Numbered from the stretch's first letter, positions 28,564-38,091 are shown. The stretch: 59,862 nt of DNA from a bacterium (GCA_043818555.1 JBDRFP010000019.1:1-59862), one strand, 5' to 3'. Notes: generated from the sequence alone by a model not told the origin. Translations and numbers: made by a program.

Positions 28564-28680
28564 TTCGAAAATCTCAGGCATAGCCCTCGATTTTCTCATG
28601 GCAAGCCATAAGGCCTGAGATTTTCGAATGTCCTGAGGATTCCGAAGTCTACGACTGAGAAATCCGAGGGACAGAAAGTC
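28564..28680. repeat. L-family trailer with nested inverted repeats (gaaaatctcagg words)
   Basis: A 16-bp perfect inverted repeat (28564-28579 / 28613-28628) interleaves with a second one (28584-28597 / 28657-28670). The first ~47 nt recur after tRNA-Leu(CAG) at 54678-54725. Confidence 0.75.
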
Positions 28681-28710
28681 TGATCTAACGATCGGGTTTT
28701 TTGTTTGGCG

Positions 28711-28739
28711 TTGACATCAAGGCCAACATATAATAACAT
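28711..28739 (+). promoter_or_regulatory. sigma70-like promoter of cassette I4
   Basis: TTGACA (28711-28716), 17-nt spacer, TAACAT (28734-28739). AGAGGAG SD at 28760-28766. Confidence 0.5.
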
Positions 28740-28770
28740 CGTCTCTCGTTCATTAAACAGAGGAGTAGCC

Positions 28771-29157
28771 ATGCCTGAATGGATCTTCGGAATCATTGTA
28801 GCGCTCAATGCCCTGACGGCCGTTTGTCTTGTACTCTTAGTGATCCTCTCGCTAGTACAAGCATTCATCACGCTAGTCGTATCGACAATTGCTACTATCA
28901 ACTCCGTTCTGTACCACAAGTACAAGTCTCGAGCCGGCAGAGTTGGTGGCTACACCTACTCCAAAGCAATCGAAATCGCTCGAGCAATGGAGCGCGGCGA
29001 CTACGATTCAATGCCGGATGCGCTATACGAGATCATGGTCATATCGGCCACCCTTGTCGACCATTGCGCCGGGGAAGCATCCAAGTTGCCACAAGACCAA
29101 CTCGAAGTCATCCTTGAAGAGCTCAACGAGGCTCTCATGGTACCTCGCATCTACTGA
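28771..29157 (+). CDS. hypothetical small membrane protein (cassette I4)
   Basis: 128 aa from ATG 28771, placed 5 nt after the SD. The N-terminal hydrophobic stretch WIFGIIVALNALTAVCLVLLVILSLVQAFITLVVSTIATI is followed by a soluble acidic tail. The longer ORF from 28705 is rejected. Confidence 0.6.
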   Translation: MPEWIFGIIVALNALTAVCLVLLVILSLVQAFITLVVSTIATINSVLYHKYKSRAGRVGGYTYSKAIEIARAMERGDYDSMPDALYEIMVISATLVDHCAGEASKLPQDQLEVILEELNEALMVPRIY

Positions 29158-29173
29158 ACGCATACCGTGCCCA

Positions 29174-29197
29174 AACGCCCCCGAGGGCGTTTTAATT
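29174..29197 (+). terminator. terminator of cassette I4
   Basis: aacgccc-ccga-gggcgtt hairpin followed by ttaattt. Confidence 0.65.
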
Positions 29198-29258
29198 TAC
29201 AAAAAACAGGCCGGGGCCCGGGACTAGAAACTATGACTGTAACAATTACTATGACAAC

Positions 29259-30008
29259 CTAAAATTTTCTCCCCTTGCCGGTGATTACTTTTATCTGCTT
29301 AGGCAGAGTCTGGATCTTGAATTCACGAGACTCGATAACTTCGCCGTCGATTGTTAAGCTCATCATTTCCGGCGATGTAATGGTCGCTTCAACAACTGGC
29401 ACAATGCTTGCTGTAACTTTCTTTTTACCAATCCATGACCGGCCCTGTACGCGCACAACAATTTCCAGCCGGCCGTCAGTTGGGTTTGCCGCTCTTACAT
29501 CATCATCAGGCAAAGCCAAATTTCTAATCTCAATCGAATTGCGCTTAATCGGCGAGAGCTTAAAATTTCCGTCGCAAATAATAATCGGCGCCACTGCATT
29601 TTCTATTTTCACAGTATGTAAAAAACTGTTTCCATTTACAGCGCCTGTGTCGAGCTCCTCTAAAATACGCGCAGAAAGAACATCGCATGCAGCCACCCCC
29701 AAGGGCACCCCAAGGATGTCTGCCATACGATTTGTGCCAACGCCTCCGATCGGGATCACAGCGAGCGCCGCGCCCGTGTCTGCGGCAGCGTCGATCACCT
29801 TTCTAAAAGTTGAATCGTTCCCAACCGCCACAACCGTATTTGCGCCCTTGCGAACTTCATCGCGAATCAGCTCGCGCGCGTCGCGAAAAAGAGCAAGCCG
29901 CGCAATCTTGCCGCTAATCCCCAAGTCGGTCAGCCGGGTCTCAATCAGAGAAAGTTCTCGCTCGAACTTGGGATCCTGGATGTATTCGTCGTAAACGTAG
30001 TAGTACAT
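29259..30008 (-). CDS. diacylglycerol/lipid kinase catalytic-domain protein (YegS/LCB5-like)
   Basis: VVAVGNDSTFRKVID and AVIPIGGVGTNRMADILG match the DAGK_cat pattern. ATG at 30008. Confidence 0.7.
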   Translation of the reverse strand: MYYYVYDEYIQDPKFERELSLIETRLTDLGISGKIARLALFRDARELIRDEVRKGANTVVAVGNDSTFRKVIDAAADTGAALAVIPIGGVGTNRMADILGVPLGVAACDVLSARILEELDTGAVNGNSFLHTVKIENAVAPIIICDGNFKLSPIKRNSIEIRNLALPDDDVRAANPTDGRLEIVVRVQGRSWIGKKKVTASIVPVVEATITSPEMMSLTIDGEVIESREFKIQTLPKQIKVITGKGRKF

Positions 30009-30018
30009 GTTCAAAATT

Positions 30019-30130
30019 TCCAATTACCAAGTAACCAATGACCAATGAATCCCCAATGCGCAATGGCCAATTGGAGATTGGGTATTGGATATTCATTGGG
30101 AATTGGGCGATTGATCATTGGTCATTATCA
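30019..30130. repeat. A-family element, copy A2
   Basis: ccaattaccaagtaaccaatgaccaatgaatccccaatg .. attggatattcattgggaattggg..gatcattggtcatt. The right end supplies the last codons and the stop of the bactofilin gene. Confidence 0.8.
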
Positions 30131-30489
30131 GCCTCCTGATCTTCAGGCACCTTAACATCGCGGCCGTCCATGGTGACTTTCCCATTTACCTGCGCGCCCG
30201 GGCTAACCGAAAGCACACTCGCCGTAATGTCGCCAATCATCTTAGCGCTCTCTAAGAGCTCAAGCCGACCAGAGACCTGGACATTGCCACGAATCTCGCC
30301 GGACACAATGGCATTTTCCGCAACAACATCAGCCCTGATTTTCGAATCTTCACCAACGCGCAAGTCGCCGGCTGTCTGAACATTACCGGTTACATCGCCT
30401 TCAATAATAACATCGCCTGAACTTATAAAATCCCCCTCAACGCGCACGCCGTGCGCAATTATTGTTTCTGCCCCTGTTTGTTTAGCCAT
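30115..30489 (-). CDS. bactofilin-family cytoskeletal protein
   Basis: 124 aa of the beta-helical repeat pattern GDFISSGDVIIEGDVTGNVQTAGDLRVGEDSKIRADVVAENAIVSGEIRGNV. Confidence 0.8.
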   Translation of the reverse strand: MAKQTGAETIIAHGVRVEGDFISSGDVIIEGDVTGNVQTAGDLRVGEDSKIRADVVAENAIVSGEIRGNVQVSGRLELLESAKMIGDITASVLSVSPGAQVNGKVTMDGRDVKVPEDQEADNDQ

Positions 30490-30556
30490 AATAAATTTTT
30501 TATTTCATGATGATTTTAGTACATTGCTACCTATTTTGGCAATAGCTGGTTGACAG

Positions 30557-30695
30557 GGCTTATTATCGAGTCACAAGGTTTATAGTAGAAAGCGAGGTTT
30601 ATTATGAATCACGATTGTTTATTATTCTAAAAACAAGGCTTATTTCAATAAACCTTGCCCTCAGACAATAAACCTCAGCTTCGCGGCAATAAACA
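30557..30695. repeat. C-family inverted word array
   Basis: Spaced g(g/c)ttatt words are followed by aataaac words. The architecture is the same as 15270-15432. Confidence 0.7.
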
Positions 30696-30731
30696 TACGC
30701 TCTTTGACATTAACCTCGTCTCCCAAGTCCC

Positions 30732-32444
30732 CTACATCTCCTCAACCGCCTCAATCGTTAACATCTCCATTGAGTTCTTAAGCGCCTGTCGTACCGAATC
30801 GATCAGCGCGAGCCGCGCAGCCGTTCCGGCCTTGTCATCCTCATCGATCACTTTAACCTCATGATAGTACTCGGCAAACAGCTTTGCCGTCTCAAACGCC
30901 CAGGCCGCAACTGTCGACACCTGGTAGTTTGTACCAACCTTCATAACAACCAACGGAAGATCGGACAGCTTGCGAACCAAGTCCTGCGAATACTTATCGT
31001 TGAGCTTTGATGAATCGATCTTTGGCTTAACGCGGGTCTTCTTCTTGATGCTCTCAATGCGCGCAATCGTGTAGAGAATGTACGGGCCGGTAAACCCGTC
31101 AAACGACAGCGCCTCCTTCATATCAAATGTAATAATCGACTTTGGATCCTGCTTGAGCATTGCAAAGGCAATCGAAGCGTGGGCAATTTTGCGCGCCGTT
31201 TCGGTAATCTTTTTCTCTGACCAATCCTTATGACGCTTTTTTGTTTCCTTTACAAGCTGGATTACCATTTTATTTCGAAGCTGATCATATGTAACCACAT
31301 TACCGCTACGCGAAGCCATCGCGCCTTCGGGCAGAGTTACCATGTCGTAGGCAATGTGTACCATTTTCTTAGGAAACCCGGCTCGCTTCATTGCGGCAAA
31401 CAACTGTTTAAAATACAGCGACTGGCGAACATCCACCACAAACAACTGTCTGTCAGGCCTGTAGTCCTTGTCCTTTTTCATTGCAAGCGCCAGCTCCTTT
31501 GTTGCGTACAGGGCAGCTCCGTCTGACTTGAGGATTAGAAACGCGCCAAGGCCCTCATCTTCAAGATCGATTATTGTTGCGCCCTCGCTCTTTTTTGCCA
31601 CCCCGTCGGTCAGAAGCTTTTTTGCCAGTTCCTTACCCGACTTTTCAACTTCGCTCTCAAAATACCACTTGTCCGGATCCACTCCCAGCTCACCAAAAAT
31701 CTGCCTGAACGACTCAAGCGACCACTCACGCGTCTCTTTCCAAAGCTTTACCAAATCCTCGTCGCCTTCTTCCAGCTTTCGCTGAACTTCAGCAATCTCC
31801 TCCTTTGCCTCCGGCTTCTGATCAACATAGCTGCTGGCCTTTGCGTAAATCTTGCCAAGCGTTTCCGCCCTCTTTTCCTTTGGTACTTCTTTGTCGCCCT
31901 GAAACTTTTTGTAACCCCAAAGCGCCCTTGCAACATGATTGCCAACATCGCCAATATAGGTTGCCCCAACAACATCGTAGCCGTTTGCGCGAAGCAGGTT
32001 AATTACCGCCTGGCCAAGCAACGCATTTCGTACATGGCCAACATGAAAAGCTTTGTGCGTGTTCGGCTGAGCATAGTCAACGATAATTTTTGTGCCCTTC
32101 CCCAGCGCAGCCTCCCCATATTCGCCTTTGCGTAGCTTAACATCTTCAAGCACCTGCTCGGCAAATTTCCGATTATCAAAAGTAAAGTTCACATATGGCC
32201 CGGCTGATGTAATCTTTTCAATCATCTTGCCCGGCCCGATCTTTGCTGCAAGCTCTGTGGCAATTTCAGCCGGATTCCGTTTCTTGCCTTTTGCCAAATC
32301 AAAACAAGGGAACGCAATGTCCCCGAGTTTTTTATTTGGCGGAGATTCAAGCATATCCGCCGTAACAGTAAAACCTTTGCCAATCGCTTTTTTAAGCTTG
32401 GTAATGATTTCGTCGAGCGCGAGTTGTTTAGCGTATTTTTCCAT
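30732..32444 (-). CDS. argS: arginine--tRNA ligase
   Basis: Class I HIGH-like block (PNTHKAFHVGHVRNALLG), the DALR anticodon-binding C-terminus, and the family-typical final M. ATG at 32444. Confidence 0.9.
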   Translation of the reverse strand: MEKYAKQLALDEIITKLKKAIGKGFTVTADMLESPPNKKLGDIAFPCFDLAKGKKRNPAEIATELAAKIGPGKMIEKITSAGPYVNFTFDNRKFAEQVLEDVKLRKGEYGEAALGKGTKIIVDYAQPNTHKAFHVGHVRNALLGQAVINLLRANGYDVVGATYIGDVGNHVARALWGYKKFQGDKEVPKEKRAETLGKIYAKASSYVDQKPEAKEEIAEVQRKLEEGDEDLVKLWKETREWSLESFRQIFGELGVDPDKWYFESEVEKSGKELAKKLLTDGVAKKSEGATIIDLEDEGLGAFLILKSDGAALYATKELALAMKKDKDYRPDRQLFVVDVRQSLYFKQLFAAMKRAGFPKKMVHIAYDMVTLPEGAMASRSGNVVTYDQLRNKMVIQLVKETKKRHKDWSEKKITETARKIAHASIAFAMLKQDPKSIITFDMKEALSFDGFTGPYILYTIARIESIKKKTRVKPKIDSSKLNDKYSQDLVRKLSDLPLVVMKVGTNYQVSTVAAWAFETAKLFAEYYHEVKVIDEDDKAGTAARLALIDSVRQALKNSMEMLTIEAVEEM

Positions 32445-32445
32445 A

Positions 32446-32522
32446 GTGACAATAGTGATTGAGTGATTTAACAGTGAGCAAAAGTGACTGAGTGATTTAG
32501 TCACTTAACCACTTAATCACTG
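32446..32522. repeat. B-family word hairpin
   Basis: gtgacaatagtgattgagtgattta..gtgactgagtgatttagtcacttaaccacttaatcac. Confidence 0.7.
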
Positions 32523-32537
32523 CTCGCTTGCCGCCAA

Positions 32538-33746
32538 TCACTTCAAAAGTCTTACAAACTGTCTTTTGCCGCGTTGCAGAATAATCCCCTTTTCCGATCC
32601 AGCCAACTTAGTTTCTGCGTCGGCAATCACCTCGCCGTCGAGCTTAATAGCGTTCTGCTCAAGTAGCCGCTTGGCTTCACTTTTAGAGCTCGCGAGCTTG
32701 GAATCAACCAGCACATCTACAACATTCGCGCTTTTACCAAGCCTGAATTCAGGGATATCTTTCGGAGCGTCATGTCGGCGGAACACTGAATCAAAATGCT
32801 TAGCCGCCTCAGTAGCCGCCTTCTTGCCGTGGTACTCTTCGACAATTGTTAGCGCCAGCCTTTCCTTAACGTCGCGCGGGTTCATACCTTTATTCATTGC
32901 CAACTTCATTCCGTTCACCTCCTCCATGGGCACATCGGTCGCCAGCTCAAAGTATGGCAGGATCATTTCATCTGACATTGCCATGATTTTTCCGTACATT
33001 TCTTCCGGCGTGTCAGAAAGTGGAATAAACCCGGCTTCGGTCTTGCTCATCTTTTTACCCTCGCTTGTTGTAAGAAGCTTCATTGTGAGCACCATCTTTT
33101 CTTTTTGCTTCATCGCCTTCATTAATGTGCGACCTGCAAGCATGTTAAACATTTGATCCGACCCACCGACTTCCAGATCTACATCCATTGCTACCGAGTC
33201 GTAACCTTGCATAAGCGGGTAAAGAAATTCGTGCAAGTAAATTGGTTTGCCTTCTTTCATACGGCGTTCAAACATATCGCGCTCGCCCATCTGCTGAACT
33301 GTAAAATGACTAGCAAGCTCCACTACATCTCCAAAATTGAGTTTACCAAGCCACTTGTGGTTGAACATGATCTTTGCAGGATTCTTGCCGGTGAAAGACA
33401 AAATCTTCGACGCCTGCTTTTTGTAAGTAGCTGCATTTTTCAAAACCTGTTTTTGGGTCAGTTTGGTGCGGGCCGCGTCCTTGTCCGTTGGGTCGCCGAT
33501 CATGCCGGTGAACGAACCAATCAAAATAATCACTTCGTGGCCAAGATCCTGGAGCTGCTTAATCTTGCGCAACTGAATTGCATGCCCAATGTGCAAGTGC
33601 TCACCGGTTGGATCAATGCCAACATAAAGCCTCAGGCGCTTGCCTGATTTTAACGCGTCCTCAAGCATTTTGCGTTTTGGATAAATCTCCTCTACGCCAC
33701 GCGTAAGGATTTGTTCGATCTTGTCTTTTTTTGTGCTAGTCCTCAT
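32538..33746 (-). CDS. tyrS: tyrosine--tRNA ligase
   Basis: HIGH (LHIGHAIQL), KMSKS (KMSKT) and a C-terminal S4-like domain. ATG at 33746. The ORF extension to 33806 is a translated A-repeat. Confidence 0.9.
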   Translation of the reverse strand: MRTSTKKDKIEQILTRGVEEIYPKRKMLEDALKSGKRLRLYVGIDPTGEHLHIGHAIQLRKIKQLQDLGHEVIILIGSFTGMIGDPTDKDAARTKLTQKQVLKNAATYKKQASKILSFTGKNPAKIMFNHKWLGKLNFGDVVELASHFTVQQMGERDMFERRMKEGKPIYLHEFLYPLMQGYDSVAMDVDLEVGGSDQMFNMLAGRTLMKAMKQKEKMVLTMKLLTTSEGKKMSKTEAGFIPLSDTPEEMYGKIMAMSDEMILPYFELATDVPMEEVNGMKLAMNKGMNPRDVKERLALTIVEEYHGKKAATEAAKHFDSVFRRHDAPKDIPEFRLGKSANVVDVLVDSKLASSKSEAKRLLEQNAIKLDGEVIADAETKLAGSEKGIILQRGKRQFVRLLK

Positions 33747-33767
33747 AGTTTTCTGTAAACGTTGAAT

Positions 33768-33874
33768 TTCCAATGACCAAGTAACCAATTCCCAATGAAC
33801 TCCCAATATTTAATTCTCAATTGGACATTGCGCGTTGGTTATTCATTGGTTATTGGGTTCTTGTGAATTGGTCA
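33768..33874. repeat. A-family element, copy A3
   Basis: tccaatgaccaagtaaccaattcccaatgaactcccaat .. caattggacattg..attcattggttattgggttcttgtgaattggtca. The right end contains the valS stop codon. Confidence 0.8.
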
Positions 33875-36532
33875 TTTAGGCAAATTGCTTATCTCGTCTT
33901 TGATTTTAATCGCCTGCTCTTTTGCCTCTGCCAGTCTTTCTTTGTCTGCTTCAACAACATCGGCGGGAGCATTCTTTACAAAGTCCTCATTGCCAAGCTT
34001 CTTTTCTAATGATCCCATGTATTGCTCTACATCTGCAAGTTCTTTTTCCAGTTTCTTTCGCTCAGCGGCAAAGTCAACCAGGTCTCCAAGAGGAATGTAA
34101 ATCTGAACCGAGCCGACAACCATTGCAACCGATCCGTCCGCACGCGCAACTTTGTCTTCAAATGTTAATTCACCGGCCTTGGCGAGCGTTTTAATAACCT
34201 GTTCATGATCCTTAAGATCGCCACCGTTTGAGATGATTACATCGACCTTCTTTCCGGGCGTTACCTTGTAGCGAGCGCGAGCGTTACGGATTGCGCCTAC
34301 AACACCTTGAAGCTGATCAAACGCTTCACGGTCAGCCTTTTTGAGCTTTGCTCCTACCTCCGGCCACTTTGCGACAATTAACATCCCGGAATCAAACTGC
34401 TTGTAGATCTCCTCAGTAACAAACGGCATAAACGGATGCCACATAACAAGCAGCCGCTCCAGAATGTAGAGCAAAATCTTATCGTTTGACTCACCAATTT
34501 GAGTCTTGGCAATCTCCACATACCAATCCGCAAACTCACTCCAAGTAAAATCGCGAAGCATTTCGCCCGCGAGCGAGAACTCATACTTTTCCATGTGCTC
34601 GGTGACTTTTTCGACAACCTCTGAGAATCGTCCAAGTATCCAGCGGTCAGCGAGCGTGACAGCTCCTACGTTTTCTACGGCTCCTACATTTTCTACGTTC
34701 ATGAAAACAAAACGAGAAATATTCCACAGCTTGTTTGTGAAATTCCTAAAACTGTCAATTTTGTCCTGCGATAGTCTTGTGTCGTTTCCCGGAGTCGACC
34801 CTATCATCAACGCCAACCTTGTAGCGTCTGCGCCAAACTTTTTAACGCTATCGAGCGGGTCAACCACATTATCAAGCGACTTGGACATTTTTCTCCCCTG
34901 CTCATCGCGAACAAGCCCGTGCAAATACACCTGGCGGAAAGGAACTTCGCCAGTGGCATAAGTTGTCATTAAAATCATTCGTGCAACCCAGAAGAAAATA
35001 ATATCGTAACCAGTTTCCAAAACATTATTTGGATGGTAAAGGTTGAAATCTTCAGAATCGTTAGGCCAGCTCAAAGTTGAAAAAGTCCAGAGCCCGGAAC
35101 TAAACCACGTGTCCAGTGTATCCGAATCTTGTTCCCATCCTTCGCCCTCAGGAGATTCAACGCCAACATACACTTCATCGTTCCTGTACCAAACCGGAAC
35201 TCTGTGTCCGTACCAAATCTGACGACTAATGTTCCAATCGCGCAAGTTATCAATCCAGTGGAAGTATGTTTTGTTAAACCTGTCAGGGATTATTTCAATC
35301 TGATCCGTGCGCACAACATGCTGCATGAGTTCTTTGAGCGTAACATTCTGACCGTTTTTGATCCCCTCAATTGGCGAATGCTTTGAAGCTCGGAATTTGA
35401 ACGGCTTGTTAACATCAATAAACCACTGAACCTTTGGAAGCGGCTCAACAGCAGTGCCACAGCGGTAGCAGATCGATAAATTCTGAGGCGAATCTTCAAC
35501 AGATTCCATTAGCCCTTGCGACTCGAGCCAGTCGACCACTTTGGACCTAGCTTCCTCAACGGTTAGTCCGTTAAAGTCTTCTCCCGCTCGATCTGTCATT
35601 AGTCCGTCTTCACCGATCACTTTGATAAATCCCAAATTATTTTTTCGAGCCATCTCTTCATCTATCTTGCTATGAGCTGGCGTAACTCCAAGCGCGCCCG
35701 TTCCAAACTCAGCACTCACTTCTTCGTCTGCGATCACCTTAATCGTGAGCGGGCCTCCGGCAAACTCAACATTGAACTCTTTACCAATAAATTCTTTGTA
35801 CCGCTTGTCGGTCGGATTGACAGCAACCGCAGTGTCACCAAGCTTCGTTTCCGGTCGAGTCGTTGAAATTGAAATCGGAAAATCTTTGTCGTATTTAAAT
35901 GTGTAGAGCTTAGCTGTTTTCTCTTCGTGCTCAACCTCATCGTCAGCTAGTGTTGACTTACAACGCGGGCACCAGTTAATAACTCGGTCACCGCGATAAA
36001 TCAAACCGTCGTCATACATCATTTTGAAAACCGTCCGTACCGCAAGCGACCTGGCGTCATCGAGCGTGTATGCCTCCCGAGTCCAATCAAGTGACGCTCC
36101 CATCTTCTTAGTTTGATGGATGATGGTGTCGTGACTTTCAGACGCAAACTTCTCAACTCGCTTCAAAAACTCTTCACGTCCAAGCTCGTGCCGAGGATCT
36201 TTCATGCCGTCAGCAATAAGCAGCTTCTCAACCTTTGCCTGAGTTGCAATGGCGGCATGGTCGGTTCCGGGAATCCACAAAGCGCGCTTCCCTCGCAGAC
36301 GCGCAAAGCGAATCATTGCGTCTTCAATGGCAAGCATTACCGCATGGCCAATGTGAAGCGTGCCGGTAACATTTGGTGGTGGCAAAACAATGGTAAACGC
36401 CTCAACCCGATCTTTAAGATCTGGCAGGTTCTCAGGAGTAAAATACCCGCTCTTCTCCCAAGCGGCGTAAATCTTGTCTTCAATCTTCCCTGCGTCAAAA
36501 GACTTAGGGATAGCGCTTTTGTCTTCAGTCAT
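33872..36532 (-). CDS. valS: valine--tRNA ligase
   Basis: HIGH (TLHIGHAVMLAIED), KMSKS (KMSKSLDN), the CP1 editing region and a C-terminal coiled coil. ATG at 36532. Confidence 0.95.
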   Translation of the reverse strand: MTEDKSAIPKSFDAGKIEDKIYAAWEKSGYFTPENLPDLKDRVEAFTIVLPPPNVTGTLHIGHAVMLAIEDAMIRFARLRGKRALWIPGTDHAAIATQAKVEKLLIADGMKDPRHELGREEFLKRVEKFASESHDTIIHQTKKMGASLDWTREAYTLDDARSLAVRTVFKMMYDDGLIYRGDRVINWCPRCKSTLADDEVEHEEKTAKLYTFKYDKDFPISISTTRPETKLGDTAVAVNPTDKRYKEFIGKEFNVEFAGGPLTIKVIADEEVSAEFGTGALGVTPAHSKIDEEMARKNNLGFIKVIGEDGLMTDRAGEDFNGLTVEEARSKVVDWLESQGLMESVEDSPQNLSICYRCGTAVEPLPKVQWFIDVNKPFKFRASKHSPIEGIKNGQNVTLKELMQHVVRTDQIEIIPDRFNKTYFHWIDNLRDWNISRQIWYGHRVPVWYRNDEVYVGVESPEGEGWEQDSDTLDTWFSSGLWTFSTLSWPNDSEDFNLYHPNNVLETGYDIIFFWVARMILMTTYATGEVPFRQVYLHGLVRDEQGRKMSKSLDNVVDPLDSVKKFGADATRLALMIGSTPGNDTRLSQDKIDSFRNFTNKLWNISRFVFMNVENVGAVENVGAVTLADRWILGRFSEVVEKVTEHMEKYEFSLAGEMLRDFTWSEFADWYVEIAKTQIGESNDKILLYILERLLVMWHPFMPFVTEEIYKQFDSGMLIVAKWPEVGAKLKKADREAFDQLQGVVGAIRNARARYKVTPGKKVDVIISNGGDLKDHEQVIKTLAKAGELTFEDKVARADGSVAMVVGSVQIYIPLGDLVDFAAERKKLEKELADVEQYMGSLEKKLGNEDFVKNAPADVVEADKERLAEAKEQAIKIKDEISNLPK

Positions 36533-36680
36533 AGATGAACCTAGTTTAGCGAATTTGGTATAAAAAATCAATCTCCCAAGCCGCGCGTCACTGAGAGACG
36601 AGCAATTTAACTACATTCATATTAGCTATACTTCGCAAACAAAAATCACTCGTCACTGAGAGACGAGTGATTTGATAATT

Positions 36681-37823
36681 TTAATGGCTGGCTGTGAGCT
36701 GCTCGCGAACATGTGTGATAACACGGCGCTCAGCCTCAACAATGTCTTCAACATCCAGGCGAAGCCTTGCCTGCTCGCGCGTACCAATGGCTTTAAATGG
36801 CGCGCCAAGGTAAAGCGCGTCAAACGGACGCTCAGCATGAAGTATTACACTAATGTGACCGTCTTTGTGCTCATAAAACACCGCGGCAACTTTAGCTTCA
36901 GGCGAACTGGAAATTAACTCGTCAATTACATTTTCAAGCGCCTGCTCATCAGCGCCTGCATTTGCAAAATCCTGGCGTGTAATTAGCGTCCACACAACCG
37001 AATGCTTTGGGTCAGACTTCAACCGGGCAAGCGCGCGCCCCCACAGGCGTAAAGTTTCAACCGAACGCGTCTTGTAGAGCTTTTCAACAATTTCATCACG
37101 CCTTGCGCCTCGGCCCATCAGATCGCCCGCCACCGACAAGGTCTTTGGAGTTACATTTGGAGATCGGAAACTTTTAGTTTTGAAAATCATCCCGGTCAAG
37201 AAAAATGTAGCCACTTCTTCATCAACCAAATCCTTGTCGATCTGGTTAAATAAATGATGGCACACTTCGCTGCAAGCAACCGCGTTAATGTCGACCAGGT
37301 TAATCTGCCCAAAATGGTCATTGGCATTTGAATGGTCAATGTTTATGATCGGGGTGTTTAGAAAAAAATCCTGATAGTTTTTGTAAAGGCCGCCAAGGCT
37401 ATCAAGGTCAGCCGACCCAATAGTCAAAATTAAATCGTAGCGGTACTGGTCAGAGCTAATCTTCACATCGTTCAGGTTCCACTCACCGGTTTTTGGAATG
37501 ATGTGGATGCGCAGCTCGTCGTCGTCATGATCATAAGAAAGTTCGTCGATTTTTGCATGCTTTGAGTTGACATGAAAAGTTAGTTTGCGAATATTTGGAA
37601 GGTCGCCGCGAATTGGAGTTTTGTGATTTAAAAAATCAAGCGACTTTGGCGCTATACCGCCCGAACCTGCAATCTCGACCGGTTTCTGGAGCTTGGTTAG
37701 TAGCGTTGCGCATCCAAAAGCCGCAGAAAAATCGTCTACGTTTGCGTTTTCACCCAGGATAATAATCGGACGCCTTGCCCGCTCGAGTGATGTTAAAAAT
37801 TGTTCGTGTGTAGTGAGTGCCAT
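36681..37823 (-). CDS. DHH/DHHA1-like phosphoesterase (NrnA-like), catalytic motifs degenerate
   Basis: Overall NrnA-like length and layout. NIDHSNAN sits at the DHH position, and no clear DxD or GGGH motif is present. ATG at 37823. Confidence 0.6.
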   Translation of the reverse strand: MALTTHEQFLTSLERARRPIIILGENANVDDFSAAFGCATLLTKLQKPVEIAGSGGIAPKSLDFLNHKTPIRGDLPNIRKLTFHVNSKHAKIDELSYDHDDDELRIHIIPKTGEWNLNDVKISSDQYRYDLILTIGSADLDSLGGLYKNYQDFFLNTPIINIDHSNANDHFGQINLVDINAVACSEVCHHLFNQIDKDLVDEEVATFFLTGMIFKTKSFRSPNVTPKTLSVAGDLMGRGARRDEIVEKLYKTRSVETLRLWGRALARLKSDPKHSVVWTLITRQDFANAGADEQALENVIDELISSSPEAKVAAVFYEHKDGHISVILHAERPFDALYLGAPFKAIGTREQARLRLDVEDIVEAERRVITHVREQLTASH

Positions 37824-38091
37824 GTAGCTGCATGTTAAGGACCTCCTTTCCTCCAAGCAGCCTGCCCGGTAGTACAACTTTGAATATAGTGTTTACCGGA
37901 AAAGCTTTTTAGAATTATTGGACAAGCACGATCAACCTTATCGACATATCCATAATCCGAATTGCTGACAACACAATTGAAAGCTTTCAAAGTTGTCCGA
38001 CCGGGCATGAGGGGAAGGGATTAGCTTACTATGGGGTGCCGATTCCGTCAAGGGGATAGATGAGATGGCAAAACTTTGATACAATACCTCC

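Noticed and set aside
33747-33806. N-terminal extensions beginning MG(I/V)HWEL.. on three ORFs (tyrS 33806, I5 gene 42083, pilin-like gene 51796)
   Set aside because: The shared peptide is simply the translation of the A-family repeat (attgggaattggt..). Downstream in-frame ATGs restore canonical N-termini (MRTSTKK, MLNSGAEG with AAGGAG, MIKKTLLL signal peptide).
37824-38091. Possible SRP RNA or tmRNA (GGAA-containing hairpin near 37840-37870, ggggtgccgattccgtcaagggg near 38032; also 22060-22150)
   Set aside because: The resemblances are limited to a few nucleotides. The conserved SRP domain IV (..GGAAGCAGC..) and the tmRNA 5'/3' acceptor and tag regions are absent, and the spans are too short. 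Only a covariance-model scan could revive these candidates.
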